The notes under the pieces: model-generated
What the model saw: the letters and a program-made list of their open reading frames with translations, nothing else
Databases searched by the model: none
What the model was told of the DNA's origin: nothing
Program-made: the position numbers and the translations under genes
DNA from: a virus
Taxonomy: Duplodnaviria; Caudoviricetes
IMG/VR virus record: IMGVR_UViG_2839589109_000007
Location: 3,871-67,870 of that record
Direction: 5' to 3' (one strand)
Length of the DNA: 64,000 bases
In this document: piece after piece, positions 34,280 to 42,942 of the stretch
Numbering within the stretch: position 1 is the first letter of the stretch
Layout of the letters: each line of letters starts with the position of its first letter

Positions 34280-34839
34280 AATTCTACTCAGCAAGACAGG
34301 CTATTCACGATGCCTATGCTATTCATCTGACCAGCAAGGGTTTTGAAGTTAACCCCTTGGCATTTCAGGCTGGTAGTCAATCGAGCAAGTTGGACAACAA
34401 CCTGTTGATCTGCAATACCGTAGAAGCTGGCAAAGTGATTGCGGCAGTAGAAAAACTTGATGAGCCATTTCGTTCCTGGGCAAAGTGGGCCTATGGACCA
34501 AGAACTGAGCACTTGCTACCTGAGCAAAGACGGTTCTTTCAGTGGTTGGAGCAGGATGTTACAGAGAGGCTGGCGGAGAGTGAGCGGGATTATCGGGAGG
34601 TGACACAACAGAGGATCAGGGATGTGGTGGCCTATACCGTTCTGGATTATCGAAGCTTTGTAACCACCGGTCAGCATTTTTACCCAGTTAGTCAGATTAT
34701 TAAAAAATGCCGAATTCATAAACAAAACTGGAAGCGTGACTTTTCACTTTGGAATGCCCTTTACTGGGATCAATGTGATCATTTTTTTGACAGCGAAACA
34801 CTGAGGAATATTGCCAAATCTATTGCATTGCTAGAGTAG
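34276..34839 (+). CDS. Putative late-gene antiterminator (Q-like)
   Basis: MKFYSARQAIHDAY N-terminus resembles Q-position proteins of pseudomonad-type prophages; last early gene before lysis. Confidence 0.55.
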   Translation: MKFYSARQAIHDAYAIHLTSKGFEVNPLAFQAGSQSSKLDNNLLICNTVEAGKVIAAVEKLDEPFRSWAKWAYGPRTEHLLPEQRRFFQWLEQDVTERLAESERDYREVTQQRIRDVVAYTVLDYRSFVTTGQHFYPVSQIIKKCRIHKQNWKRDFSLWNALYWDQCDHFFDSETLRNIAKSIALLE

Positions 34840-34930
34840 AGGTAAGTAGTTGGATTTGATTTAACCAACTGCTGAGCTTTAATGATTTGCTAAAATAGAT
34901 TTGCAAGTTTTTTTGTCTGCACGAAGGAGC

Positions 34931-35221
34931 ATGGTTATGGAGTACTGTCCTTTTTGTGATGAAGCACTGGATAAAATTTCAAGAAAGCTTAAAAGATTAG
35001 AGAATCAAAATAAAAAGCTTCGATCTCAGATTGAAGAATTGAGTGAAGATGATGAACTACATACAGAATATTTTGTTGGTAGTAAATCAAGAAGCACCTT
35101 TCATAGACCGGATTGTGTTTGGGTAGAGAACCTTCTCTGCTCAAACAGACTTGTCGAGTTTTACTCTCACGAAGAAGCAGTTGATGCTGGTTACAAGCCT
35201 TGTAAATCCTGTAGAGCTTAA
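34931..35221 (+). CDS. Ada-type metal-binding domain protein (moron)
   Basis: FVGSKSRSTFHRPDC...EEAVDAGYKPCKSC; N-terminal CPFC and coiled coil; AT-rich; AAGGAG SD. Confidence 0.8.
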   Translation: MVMEYCPFCDEALDKISRKLKRLENQNKKLRSQIEELSEDDELHTEYFVGSKSRSTFHRPDCVWVENLLCSNRLVEFYSHEEAVDAGYKPCKSCRA

Positions 35222-35240
35222 TAACTGGGGAAGTAATGAT

Positions 35241-35540
35241 ATGAGTAATATCATTGATTTTAACAAAGAAAACAAATGGATGGGGCGAGGCTCAGAAGAA
35301 TTATTGATGGAGGATATCCGTAATGCTGAAGCAAACTTCCTAATAATTGCTTGCAGGGATCATAACCCGAGTAATATGTTTGGTGGTGACTCTAAGATGT
35401 GGCTCGAAGAAAATAAAGGGCGTTTTCCAAAAGCAGGTAGATACAAAGTTTGCTTTTCTTGCCCTGAATCACAGGGAAAGCCAGATTATTTCGGACTGGA
35501 AGAAGATACATTAAAAATCATTCACATTTCCCGCTTGTAG
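35241..35540 (+). CDS. Hypothetical protein (AT-rich moron)
   Basis: ATG 35241 after GGGGAAG; 99 aa; no family recognised. Confidence 0.6.
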   Translation: MSNIIDFNKENKWMGRGSEELLMEDIRNAEANFLIIACRDHNPSNMFGGDSKMWLEENKGRFPKAGRYKVCFSCPESQGKPDYFGLEEDTLKIIHISRL

Positions 35541-35614
35541 TCTCAAGTGTGAAAAATCTTAACGTCATGGAGTTGCCAATGATTACTGAATAAGGCATAG
35601 TTATTCAACATGCA

Positions 35615-35647
35615 GAGCCTCACCCAGAAATGGTGTGGGGTTTTTTT
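35615..35647 (+). terminator. Intrinsic terminator before lysis cassette of B
   Basis: GCCTCAC-CCA-GAAA-TGG-T-GTGGGGT followed by T7. Confidence 0.65.
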
Positions 35648-35681
35648 ATTGCCCCAATTTTTTCCCTGTGCAGGACGCACC

Positions 35682-35957
35682 ATGACTGACCTCTCCGACC
35701 GTCTGGATCGCATTGATGTGAAGCTGGACAAACTGAGCGAGGCAGTATCCCAGCTTGCTCGCATTGAAGAACGTATTTCTCATCAGAACGACAACATGAA
35801 TCAGCTGGATTCTAGGCTGAGTGAGATGGAAGCCCGGATCAGGGCCTTGGAGCTTCAGGGTAGCTCTCGTGGTGTTCTGCTGGCCGGTATTGAACGACTC
35901 GGCTGGTTGGTCGTGTCTGCACTGATTGGCCTGGTTGCCTTCTTCTTCAGGAAATGA
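35682..35957 (+). CDS. Small coiled-coil protein with C-terminal TM helix (XhlA-like, lysis-associated)
   Basis: RLDRIDVKLDKL...LARIEER; hydrophobic LGWLVVSALIGLVAFFF tail. Confidence 0.65.
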   Translation: MTDLSDRLDRIDVKLDKLSEAVSQLARIEERISHQNDNMNQLDSRLSEMEARIRALELQGSSRGVLLAGIERLGWLVVSALIGLVAFFFRK

Positions 35958-35961
35958 AGCG

Positions 35962-36387
35962 ATGATTCCAAGGACGGAAACCAATTACATCGTGATCCAT
36001 TGTTCAGCTACCCGGGCAGATCAGGAAGTCACCGCAGACGATATCCGACGCTGGCATGTGGAAGACAATGGTTGGTCAGATATCGGGTATCACTGGATCA
36101 TTGAGCGAAGTGGCAAGATTCAGCATGGCAGAGATGCTCAGGTTCAGGGTGCTCATGTTCGAGGTCATAACCATGAGTCCATGGGTATCTGTCTGGTGGG
36201 TGGAATAGCTGAAAATGGTGATCCTGAAGACAACTTCACTTCTCAACAATGGTTGATGCTGGAAATGCTGGTTGAATCCCTGCTGCTGCGTTATCCAGAG
36301 GCTCAAGTGGTTGGTCATTACTATTTCACTCCCTACAAAACCTGCCCAAACTTTGTGGTTGAGCACTGGTTGGAGACCATCGAATGA
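35962..36387 (+). CDS. Endolysin, N-acetylmuramoyl-L-alanine amidase (T7 lysozyme type)
   Basis: IVIHCSAT, GWSDIGYHWII, GAHVRGHN...SMGICLVGG, VVGH, KTCPNF. Confidence 0.95.
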   Translation: MIPRTETNYIVIHCSATRADQEVTADDIRRWHVEDNGWSDIGYHWIIERSGKIQHGRDAQVQGAHVRGHNHESMGICLVGGIAENGDPEDNFTSQQWLMLEMLVESLLLRYPEAQVVGHYYFTPYKTCPNFVVEHWLETIE

Positions 36388-36752
36388 GCTGGACTGCTGC
36401 AATTCCTCTACTGGGTAAGGTGATTGAGCGCATCATTCCGGATCCTGACAAAGCTGCCCAGGCGAAAAAACAACTGGTGGATATGGCGGTTAAAGGTGAG
36501 CTGGATGAACTGGCTCAGCGTGCGGGGGTTATCAAGGCAGAGGCTCAAGGTGATGGTTGGCTACAACGATCCTGGCGTCCCATCGTGATGCTGGTATTTA
36601 CTGCCCTGATTGTTGCCAGGTGGTTGGGCTGGTCAGCACCGGATTTGTCAGAAGCGGTCGAACTCAAGCTGTTCTCTATCGTTCAGATTGGCCTTGGTGG
36701 TTACATTGCCAGCCGGGGCATTGAGAAGGTGGCGGACAAGATAAGGCGCTAA
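36384..36752 (+). CDS. 3TM holin family protein
   Basis: IERIIPDPDKAAQAK, AEAQGDGWLQRSWRP, IGLGGYIASRGIEK. Confidence 0.88.
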   Translation: MSWTAAIPLLGKVIERIIPDPDKAAQAKKQLVDMAVKGELDELAQRAGVIKAEAQGDGWLQRSWRPIVMLVFTALIVARWLGWSAPDLSEAVELKLFSIVQIGLGGYIASRGIEKVADKIRR

Positions 36753-36754
36753 GG

Positions 36755-37315
36755 ATGGCAGCGAAAAAGTACAAAATGGTGGATCGAAAGGTCAGCGATT
36801 TGATCCCGTATGTAAACAACTCCCGGGTTCACGATGAAGAGCAGATTATCCAGATTTGTTCGTCTATCAAGGAGTTTGGCTTTACCAATCCTGTGTTGAT
36901 TGACGAAGAAAACGGGATTATTGCTGGCCATGGACGTTTGATGGCAGCAAAGAAATTGAACCTGAAAACCGTTCCCTGCATTGTGTTGGCGGGACTATCG
37001 GAAGCCCAGAAGAAGGCCTACGTCATAGCGGATAATTCCATAGCCCTGAATAGCTCATGGGATATGGACGTACTATCCCGCGAAGTGGAAGCCCTGCAAG
37101 CAGAAGACTTTGATCTGAATCTACTCGGGTTTAAGGATGACTTTATGGTCAGCCTGTTCGATGATCCTGCCCCTGAACCGGAACAGAAACCCAATGGTGA
37201 GGAATACACCGAAATCTTCAATATCCTGGTGGAGTGTGACAACGAAGCCCATCAGCAGGAAATCTACGACGAACTGACACAGAAGGGACTGAAATGCCGA
37301 GTTCAAAGTTTGTAG
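36755..37315 (+). CDS. ParB/Srx N-terminal domain protein
   Basis: LIPYVNNSRVHDEEQI...SIKEFGFTNPVLID...IAGHGRLMAA...YVIADN. Confidence 0.92.
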   Translation: MAAKKYKMVDRKVSDLIPYVNNSRVHDEEQIIQICSSIKEFGFTNPVLIDEENGIIAGHGRLMAAKKLNLKTVPCIVLAGLSEAQKKAYVIADNSIALNSSWDMDVLSREVEALQAEDFDLNLLGFKDDFMVSLFDDPAPEPEQKPNGEEYTEIFNILVECDNEAHQQEIYDELTQKGLKCRVQSL

Positions 37316-38361
37316 TGGAGTCCGCTATCAAGCCTTCCTTTCGCACTGAGAAGGTCAAGGGGATGTTTGATATTGATATGCAGTCGGTGAAGAAGGAGTT
37401 CGACGTAGATATTCCCATTGAGGACAAGCCCTGGAATATCGGCCTGATTGTTGGTGCCAGTGGTTCTGGCAAGACGACCATTGCCAGAGAAGTATTCAAG
37501 GACTTTGAACTATTCTGCGGTTACCAGTGGTCAGACCGCTCCGTAGTGGACGATTTCAGCGAAGACCTGAGTGCCAAGCAGATTACGGAATCATTGAGCA
37601 AGGTAGGGTTTTCTTCTCCCCCGGACTGGTTGAAGCCGTTTTCTGTGCTCTCCAATGGCCAGAAGATGCGGGCAGAACTTGCCAGGCTGATCCTGGAATC
37701 CGATAAGCCGGTCATCTACGACGAGTTCACTTCGGTAGTGGATCGTCAGGTGGCCAAGATCGGCAGTGCCGCTATCCAGAAGTTTATCCGTAAAGAGGAT
37801 AAGCAGTTTATTGCAGTCAGCTGTCATTACGATATTGTCGAATGGCTGCAACCGGATTGGGTTTACGACTGCAACAAGCATATCTTCAAACGGAGGCGTC
37901 TTCGACGACCTGAAATCCGTATCGATGTCCGCAAAGCCGACCAGTCAGAGTGGCCATTATTTAGGCCATTTCACTATCTGAGCAGTGTTCACAACCGGTC
38001 AGCCCATAAATACATTGCTGAGATCAATGGTGAGCCTGTAGGCTGGTGCAGCGTCTTACACTTTCCTCACCCGAGCAACAAGAAGCTGAAACGACTGCAC
38101 AGAACGGTGGTATTGCCCGATTATCAGGGACTGGGGATTGGCTTTCAGTTGCGCTGCTATATCTGCGAGTTGTACCGGAAACAGGGCTACAAGGTGAATA
38201 CCGTTACCACGTCGCCTGCCTTAATCCATGCCATGAATAAATCGGACCGTTGGATTATGACCCGTAAACCGGGGCGGGTGGGTATGCCTGCCCAGTCAAT
38301 CCTGAGCAAGCATTCGTTCGATCGGTTGACCTGTTCATTCCAATACGTGGGCAATGAATGA
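37294..38361 (+). CDS. ABC-type ATPase fused to GNAT acetyltransferase (Mom-like candidate)
   Basis: GASGSGKT Walker A, LSNGQ signature, VIYDEF Walker B, SCHYD H-loop; FHYL, LHRTVVLPDYQGLGIG acetyl-CoA motif. Confidence 0.88.
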   Translation: MPSSKFVVESAIKPSFRTEKVKGMFDIDMQSVKKEFDVDIPIEDKPWNIGLIVGASGSGKTTIAREVFKDFELFCGYQWSDRSVVDDFSEDLSAKQITESLSKVGFSSPPDWLKPFSVLSNGQKMRAELARLILESDKPVIYDEFTSVVDRQVAKIGSAAIQKFIRKEDKQFIAVSCHYDIVEWLQPDWVYDCNKHIFKRRRLRRPEIRIDVRKADQSEWPLFRPFHYLSSVHNRSAHKYIAEINGEPVGWCSVLHFPHPSNKKLKRLHRTVVLPDYQGLGIGFQLRCYICELYRKQGYKVNTVTTSPALIHAMNKSDRWIMTRKPGRVGMPAQSILSKHSFDRLTCSFQYVGNE

Positions 38362-38506
38362 ACATTCAATAGGATCAATTCTACGTCGATTTGGCGGGTT
38401 GTTCGATATTTTCGATAGGTTATATGATCAATATTCAAACGTCGTGTGGTGACGATTTACCGGTGTTTGGTGATGATCCGATAGTGCATGAATAATCATC
38501 AAACTC

Positions 38507-38534
38507 AAAAAAAGCAGGCATCGTTGCCTGCTTT
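38507..38534 (-). terminator. Intrinsic terminator (possibly bidirectional)
   Basis: AAAGCAGGCA-TCGT-TGCCTGCTTT with A7 on its left, between convergent genes. Confidence 0.8.
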
Positions 38535-38554
38535 GTGAGGAATTGAATCCGGGA

Positions 38555-38881
38555 TTAAATGCGGAATGTCTCCTCGTCCTTTTTGCCTCCGTTTTTAAAG
38601 CATTCGGACAGGTCATCAACTGCAGATTTCAAGGCACTGATAATGGCGGTGGATTGAGCATCGGTGTACTCATATTTGTCATCGTTGGCCAATGATGAAA
38701 TAGATTTCAATACCCGCAGGGCTTTGGGTACACGAATGTTTGCCAGTTCAGCAAATTTTTCAGAATCGGACTTTTTGCTTTTCTTGTCAGTGTTTTTATT
38801 AGCCATGGTTTTATCTCCTTTTGCGTTCTTCTTATCAACAGTTTTAGCAGTGGTTTTAGCGGTGTTTTTATGAGTAGTCAT
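38555..38881 (-). CDS. Small basic protein with Lys/Thr-rich N-terminus and two possible starts
   Basis: AAGGAGA SD before ATG 38881 and before in-frame ATG 38806; core KFAELANIRVPKAL...KYEYT. Confidence 0.7.
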   Translation of the reverse strand: MTTHKNTAKTTAKTVDKKNAKGDKTMANKNTDKKSKKSDSEKFAELANIRVPKALRVLKSISSLANDDKYEYTDAQSTAIISALKSAVDDLSECFKNGGKKDEETFRI

Positions 38882-39044
38882 GATGTATCTCCTTCGTTTT
38901 GTTTAATGTTTTTACACTTTAACTATGGGTGAACTGCCGTATATCTCAAACTTTATTCTGCTGTTTAAATCTCTCTATACGGTTGATATAACAATGCTTT
39001 TCCCCGTAGGTAATGGCTTTCAAACTGTCAAATTACAAACAACG

Positions 39045-39210
39045 TGGGTCCCTGCAATGTTTAGTTTTTTGCGGGTGCGAGGGGGCGCGGATTTGCGTTA
39101 GTGACAGGTCTGAAAACGAGGTATACCCTTGGTATACTTTTTGGCATTAACCAGCTGAAAACTAATAAGAAAATCCAGTTTCAAAAATGGTGCAGCAGGT
39201 ATACTTTTTA
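39045..39210 (+). other. Putative cos region of prophage B
   Basis: GGGTCCC...GCGGGTGCGAGGGGGCGCGG...CGTTAGTGACAGG in non-coding DNA about 1 kb upstream of Nu1-like terS, plus repeated GGTATAC motifs; pattern recalled from GpA-terminase prophages. Confidence 0.45.
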
Positions 39211-39240
39211 TTCAAACCAGTGCCGTCCTTGGCGGTTGCG

Positions 39241-39636
39241 TTACTGTCGCTTTTCAAGCCATTGCTGAATCGTTAATTCTCTGGGAAGGCGCTGCTGAAG
39301 CCAGTCATCAATCAGCTGCTCTACCAGTTTTCTGAACTGTTTTTCATCCGGGAAATCCCACGGCTCAAATTCCTGGTTCTGCTCACACAAGGCAATCCAG
39401 AGTTGTGCAGCCAGCGTTTCAGAGATTTCATAATCAAACACGCCGGGAAAGCCTTCCTCATCATTTTTGGAATGTTCGATCTCGCTGATGATCTGGCTAT
39501 AACGGCAAAGGTTATGAATCAGCTCCAGTTCTCCATCACCAAATAACTCAGCCGGTGTTCGGGCCTGGTCGCTTAATCGGTCAATAACGCCAGTACAGAA
39601 ATAGTAATGGGTGATCAATTGGGCTTCATTATTCAT
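39241..39636 (-). CDS. Hypothetical acidic protein
   Basis: 131-aa ORF co-oriented with DUF3768-like gene. Confidence 0.65.
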   Translation of the reverse strand: MNNEAQLITHYYFCTGVIDRLSDQARTPAELFGDGELELIHNLCRYSQIISEIEHSKNDEEGFPGVFDYEISETLAAQLWIALCEQNQEFEPWDFPDEKQFRKLVEQLIDDWLQQRLPRELTIQQWLEKRQ

Positions 39637-39651
39637 GGTTTTTCTCCGTTA

Positions 39652-40005
39652 TTAATAGTCGATGGCCAGCATGATGGTCAGCACCCGAACGGTATTGTTT
39701 AAATCCGAGGCATCTTCCGAACCGTGTTCCATATCCGGGGCGTAATAATCAAACTTGGCAATGATCCATTCATCTTCAAACTTGAATCGGAAACAATCGT
39801 GTTCGCCATAGGGATCATTCTGCTCATTGAAGTGGTTAAATTCGGAAACGGCTTTCAACAAACCGACTTTGTTCTCAATGGTGTTTTGCAGGTTGGCGGT
39901 CATCACTATTTCAAACCGGCAGTTGATCAGGGCAAGACTGTTCTTCACTTCCAGATTCACCAGTGACTGTCGCACGGCATCATTTAACGTGGCAATTTCA
40001 TTCAT
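39652..40005 (-). CDS. DUF3768 family protein
   Basis: FNEQNDPYGEHD...AKFDYY...GSEDASD...TVRVLTIMLA; AAGGA SD before ATG 40005. Confidence 0.8.
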   Translation of the reverse strand: MNEIATLNDAVRQSLVNLEVKNSLALINCRFEIVMTANLQNTIENKVGLLKAVSEFNHFNEQNDPYGEHDCFRFKFEDEWIIAKFDYYAPDMEHGSEDASDLNNTVRVLTIMLAIDY

Positions 40006-40130
40006 AACTACATCCTTTATTGATTCATTTTTTGTTGTCGCAGTAGCTCTATAGGGGATGGCCACGATAAGTCGAGAAAATTTAAGACAAATGTCCATAT
40101 TGAATGAGATGGCTGTAGGTATGACTTCCC

Positions 40131-40607
40131 ATGGCGCTGATTTCACAAGCGGAATTTGCCAGGCAGCAGGGCTTTACCAAAGGCTATGTCACCAAGCTGA
40201 TCAAAAAGGGCATTGTGAAACTGAAAAATGGCAAGGTGGATTCGGTGCAGGCTGAGCAGGCCATGAAAGCCAATAGTGACCCGGTGACGTTGATCCGTTC
40301 CGATCAATCCACCGATCTTGCACCGACACAACCGGGAGCCGTTGACTTTGTCACTGCCCGCACCATGCGGGAGGCGTTCAAGGCCAAGATGGCCAAGCTG
40401 GAGTATGAAGAAAAAAGCGGTACCCTGACCGATGCAGCCAAGGTAAAACAGGATGCTTTCAAGGCAGGCCGGATTATTCGAGATGAACTGCTGGCCATTC
40501 CTGATCGAATGGCGGATGTGCTGGCGGCGGAGGATGATCCCCGGGAAGTGGGGAAAATACTTCAGGAAGAGCTGGAAACGATACTGAATAAGCTATCAAA
40601 CCATTAG
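40131..40607 (+). CDS. Terminase small subunit (Nu1-like)
   Basis: ISQAEFARQQGFTKGYVTKL HTH; AKLEYEEKSGTL...RDELLAIPDRMA. Confidence 0.88.
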   Translation: MALISQAEFARQQGFTKGYVTKLIKKGIVKLKNGKVDSVQAEQAMKANSDPVTLIRSDQSTDLAPTQPGAVDFVTARTMREAFKAKMAKLEYEEKSGTLTDAAKVKQDAFKAGRIIRDELLAIPDRMADVLAAEDDPREVGKILQEELETILNKLSNH

Positions 40608-40864
40608 TTACCAGATTTGTTCGGACAAGGTATTTGTCCCTTCCATTGAAGCAGGCTGGCTAACTTCTCTTTCAGAGGCATGTCGGCAAAATGGTGGTTG
40701 ATGGTCTTGCAACATACGACCTTGTTTTCCACGGTATCTTTTCCTCCAAGGCTCTTGGGTATTACATGGTCAATGCTGGCATCAGCTGGTTTCAAGGTAC
40801 ATCCACAATAAAAGCAGTTATTGCCCTGTAACCATAAAAGACGCTGTAGCTGTGACTTGGCCAT
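40604..40864 (-). CDS. HNH endonuclease, antisense between terS and terL
   Basis: CFYCG...SIDHVIPKSLGGKDTVENKVVCC...N; AAGGTGA SD. Confidence 0.85.
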   Translation of the reverse strand: MAKSQLQRLLWLQGNNCFYCGCTLKPADASIDHVIPKSLGGKDTVENKVVCCKTINHHFADMPLKEKLASLLQWKGQIPCPNKSGN

Positions 40865-40886
40865 TGATCATCACCTTTTTGTTCTT

Positions 40887-42734
40887 ATGTCATCACCATA
40901 CATCATAGGCTTTTTTGCGGGCTTGAAACCAGACACCCGCCTGACCGTTTCCGAATGGGCTGACCAAAAACGGATTCTTCCGGCAAAAGCCACCAAAGAA
41001 GCAGGACGCTGGCGAACTTCCCGCACACCATATCTGAAAGAAATTATGGATTGTCTGTCACCATCGTCGTCTGTGGAACAGGTGGTGTTTATGAAAGGTG
41101 CCCAGGTGGGTGGCACCGAATGCGGCAATAACTGGCTTGGTTATGTGATTGACCATACGCCGGGTCCGATGATGTATGTGCTTCCCACGCTGGATATGGC
41201 CAAGCGGACATCGAAGCAGCGGATTGCTCCGATGATCGACGAAATGCCGGATCTTCAGGAGAAGGTTAAAGACCCGAGAAGCCGGGACAGTGGCAATACC
41301 CTGCTGACCAAGGAGTTCCCCAATGGTGTGCTGATCTTTACTGGAGCCAATTCAGCTGCAGGCCTGCGCTCGATGCCTGCCCGTTTTCTGTTTATGGATG
41401 AGGTGGATGCCTACGACGATGATGTGGATGGCGAAGGCAGTCCCATCAATCTGGCCATCAAGCGAACGGCCACCTTCAGCCGTAACCGAAAAATCCTGAT
41501 GGTCAGCACACCCAATATTGCAGAAACCAGCAAGATTGAAGCGGCTTATGAGAGCAGTGATAAACGACGCTATCTGGTCCCCTGCAATAGCTGTGGACAC
41601 TACCAACCAATCGTCTGGGCTCAGATCATTTTTGATAACCATGACCCGGCAACCACCCGGTTTGAGTGTGTGCAGTGTGGTCATAAGCACTATGAAAAAG
41701 ACAAACCGAAACTGCTTACTAATGGCCATTGGCAAGCTGAAACTGAAAAGAGCAATAAGGTCGCTGGATTCCACCTGAGTTCGCTTTACAGCCCTAATGG
41801 CTGGTACAGCTGGCAAAATGCAGTAGAGGATTTCCTCGCCGCCAAGAGTAATCCGGTACAGTTCAAGGACTGGACCAATACTGTGCTTGGCGAGACTTGG
41901 ACGGAACAAGGTGAGACTGTTGAGCATAGTTTGCTCTACCAGCGACGGGAACATTATCCGGCAGAGGTGCCCTGGTGGGTGGAGATACTGACGGTTGGTT
42001 GTGATGTCCAGGATGACCGCTTTGAGTTTGAAGTAACCGGCTGGGGTTCTGGTGAGGAAAGCTGGTCAATTGATTATGTCCGTTTATACGGTGACTTATC
42101 CCGACAAGGTATCTGGGATGCTCTGGCCGATATGCTCCATAAAACCTACACCCGTCAGGATGGCACCAAAATAAATGTGGCTCAGGTCTGCATAGACTCT
42201 GGTGGCCACTACACCGATGAAGTGTATGCCTTCTGTCGTAAGCAGGGAGCCGATTGGGCGATTCCGGTTAAGGGTTCCTCTCAGGCTGGCAAACCTATCG
42301 CTACATTTCCCAAAACCAAAAACAAGAAAGGGGTCTACCTGACACTGGTCGGCACCGATACCGCCAAGGAGTTGGTCTATCAACGCTACCGGGTATTGGA
42401 GCCTGGACAAGGCTACTGCCACTGGCCGATCAAGGACTGCTTTGATGAAGATTATTTCAAGCAGGCCACCGCAGAAGAAAAGATCAAGAAATACCGGCTC
42501 GGTGTCCCTTACTTTACCTGGGATGCCAAGAACCGCCGGAATGAGGCGTTGGATTGCCGGGTATACTCACTGGCCGCGATCCGTATTCTTCAGCAGCACC
42601 GGGGCATTAATCTGGAGCTACTCACCAAAGGCCGACCAGCACCAGAAGATACGCCTGATCCTGAATTGGAAGAAACCAGCAACAAGCCAAAAACACTCCG
42701 TCGTTCATCCCGCAGTTCCTACCTTCAGAGATAA
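40887..42734 (+). CDS. Terminase large subunit (lambda GpA family)
   Basis: LTVSEWAD, RTPYLKEIMD, MKGAQVGGT, LFMDEVDAY, STP, GCDVQDDR, DSGGH, RNEALDC. Confidence 0.96.
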   Translation: MSSPYIIGFFAGLKPDTRLTVSEWADQKRILPAKATKEAGRWRTSRTPYLKEIMDCLSPSSSVEQVVFMKGAQVGGTECGNNWLGYVIDHTPGPMMYVLPTLDMAKRTSKQRIAPMIDEMPDLQEKVKDPRSRDSGNTLLTKEFPNGVLIFTGANSAAGLRSMPARFLFMDEVDAYDDDVDGEGSPINLAIKRTATFSRNRKILMVSTPNIAETSKIEAAYESSDKRRYLVPCNSCGHYQPIVWAQIIFDNHDPATTRFECVQCGHKHYEKDKPKLLTNGHWQAETEKSNKVAGFHLSSLYSPNGWYSWQNAVEDFLAAKSNPVQFKDWTNTVLGETWTEQGETVEHSLLYQRREHYPAEVPWWVEILTVGCDVQDDRFEFEVTGWGSGEESWSIDYVRLYGDLSRQGIWDALADMLHKTYTRQDGTKINVAQVCIDSGGHYTDEVYAFCRKQGADWAIPVKGSSQAGKPIATFPKTKNKKGVYLTLVGTDTAKELVYQRYRVLEPGQGYCHWPIKDCFDEDYFKQATAEEKIKKYRLGVPYFTWDAKNRRNEALDCRVYSLAAIRILQQHRGINLELLTKGRPAPEDTPDPELEETSNKPKTLRRSSRSSYLQR

Positions 42735-42739
42735 CTTCC

Positions 42740-42940
42740 ATGATTACCGAGACAGAATACCAGGCTCTGAAACGGGCAGTGCTGCTGCGTGAGACCCGTA
42801 CTGTGGAATTTGAAGGTCGACGGGTGGAGTACAGCAGCTTTGCTGAGATGGAAAGGCGGCTGCAGGCCATCGAACGGGAACTGGTCAAGCAGCAGAAACG
42901 CCCGAAGCAGTATGGCATCTATTCATCCAAGGGAGTTTGA
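42740..42940 (+). CDS. Head-tail joining protein (gpW-like)
   Basis: 66 aa between terL and portal; VEFEGRRVEYSSFAEM. Confidence 0.8.
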   Translation: MITETEYQALKRAVLLRETRTVEFEGRRVEYSSFAEMERRLQAIERELVKQQKRPKQYGIYSSKGV

Positions 42941-42942
42941 GC

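Noticed and set aside
37294-38361. ABC transporter
   Set aside because: No membrane permease or binding protein nearby; the ATPase is fused to a GNAT domain in a phage late operon.
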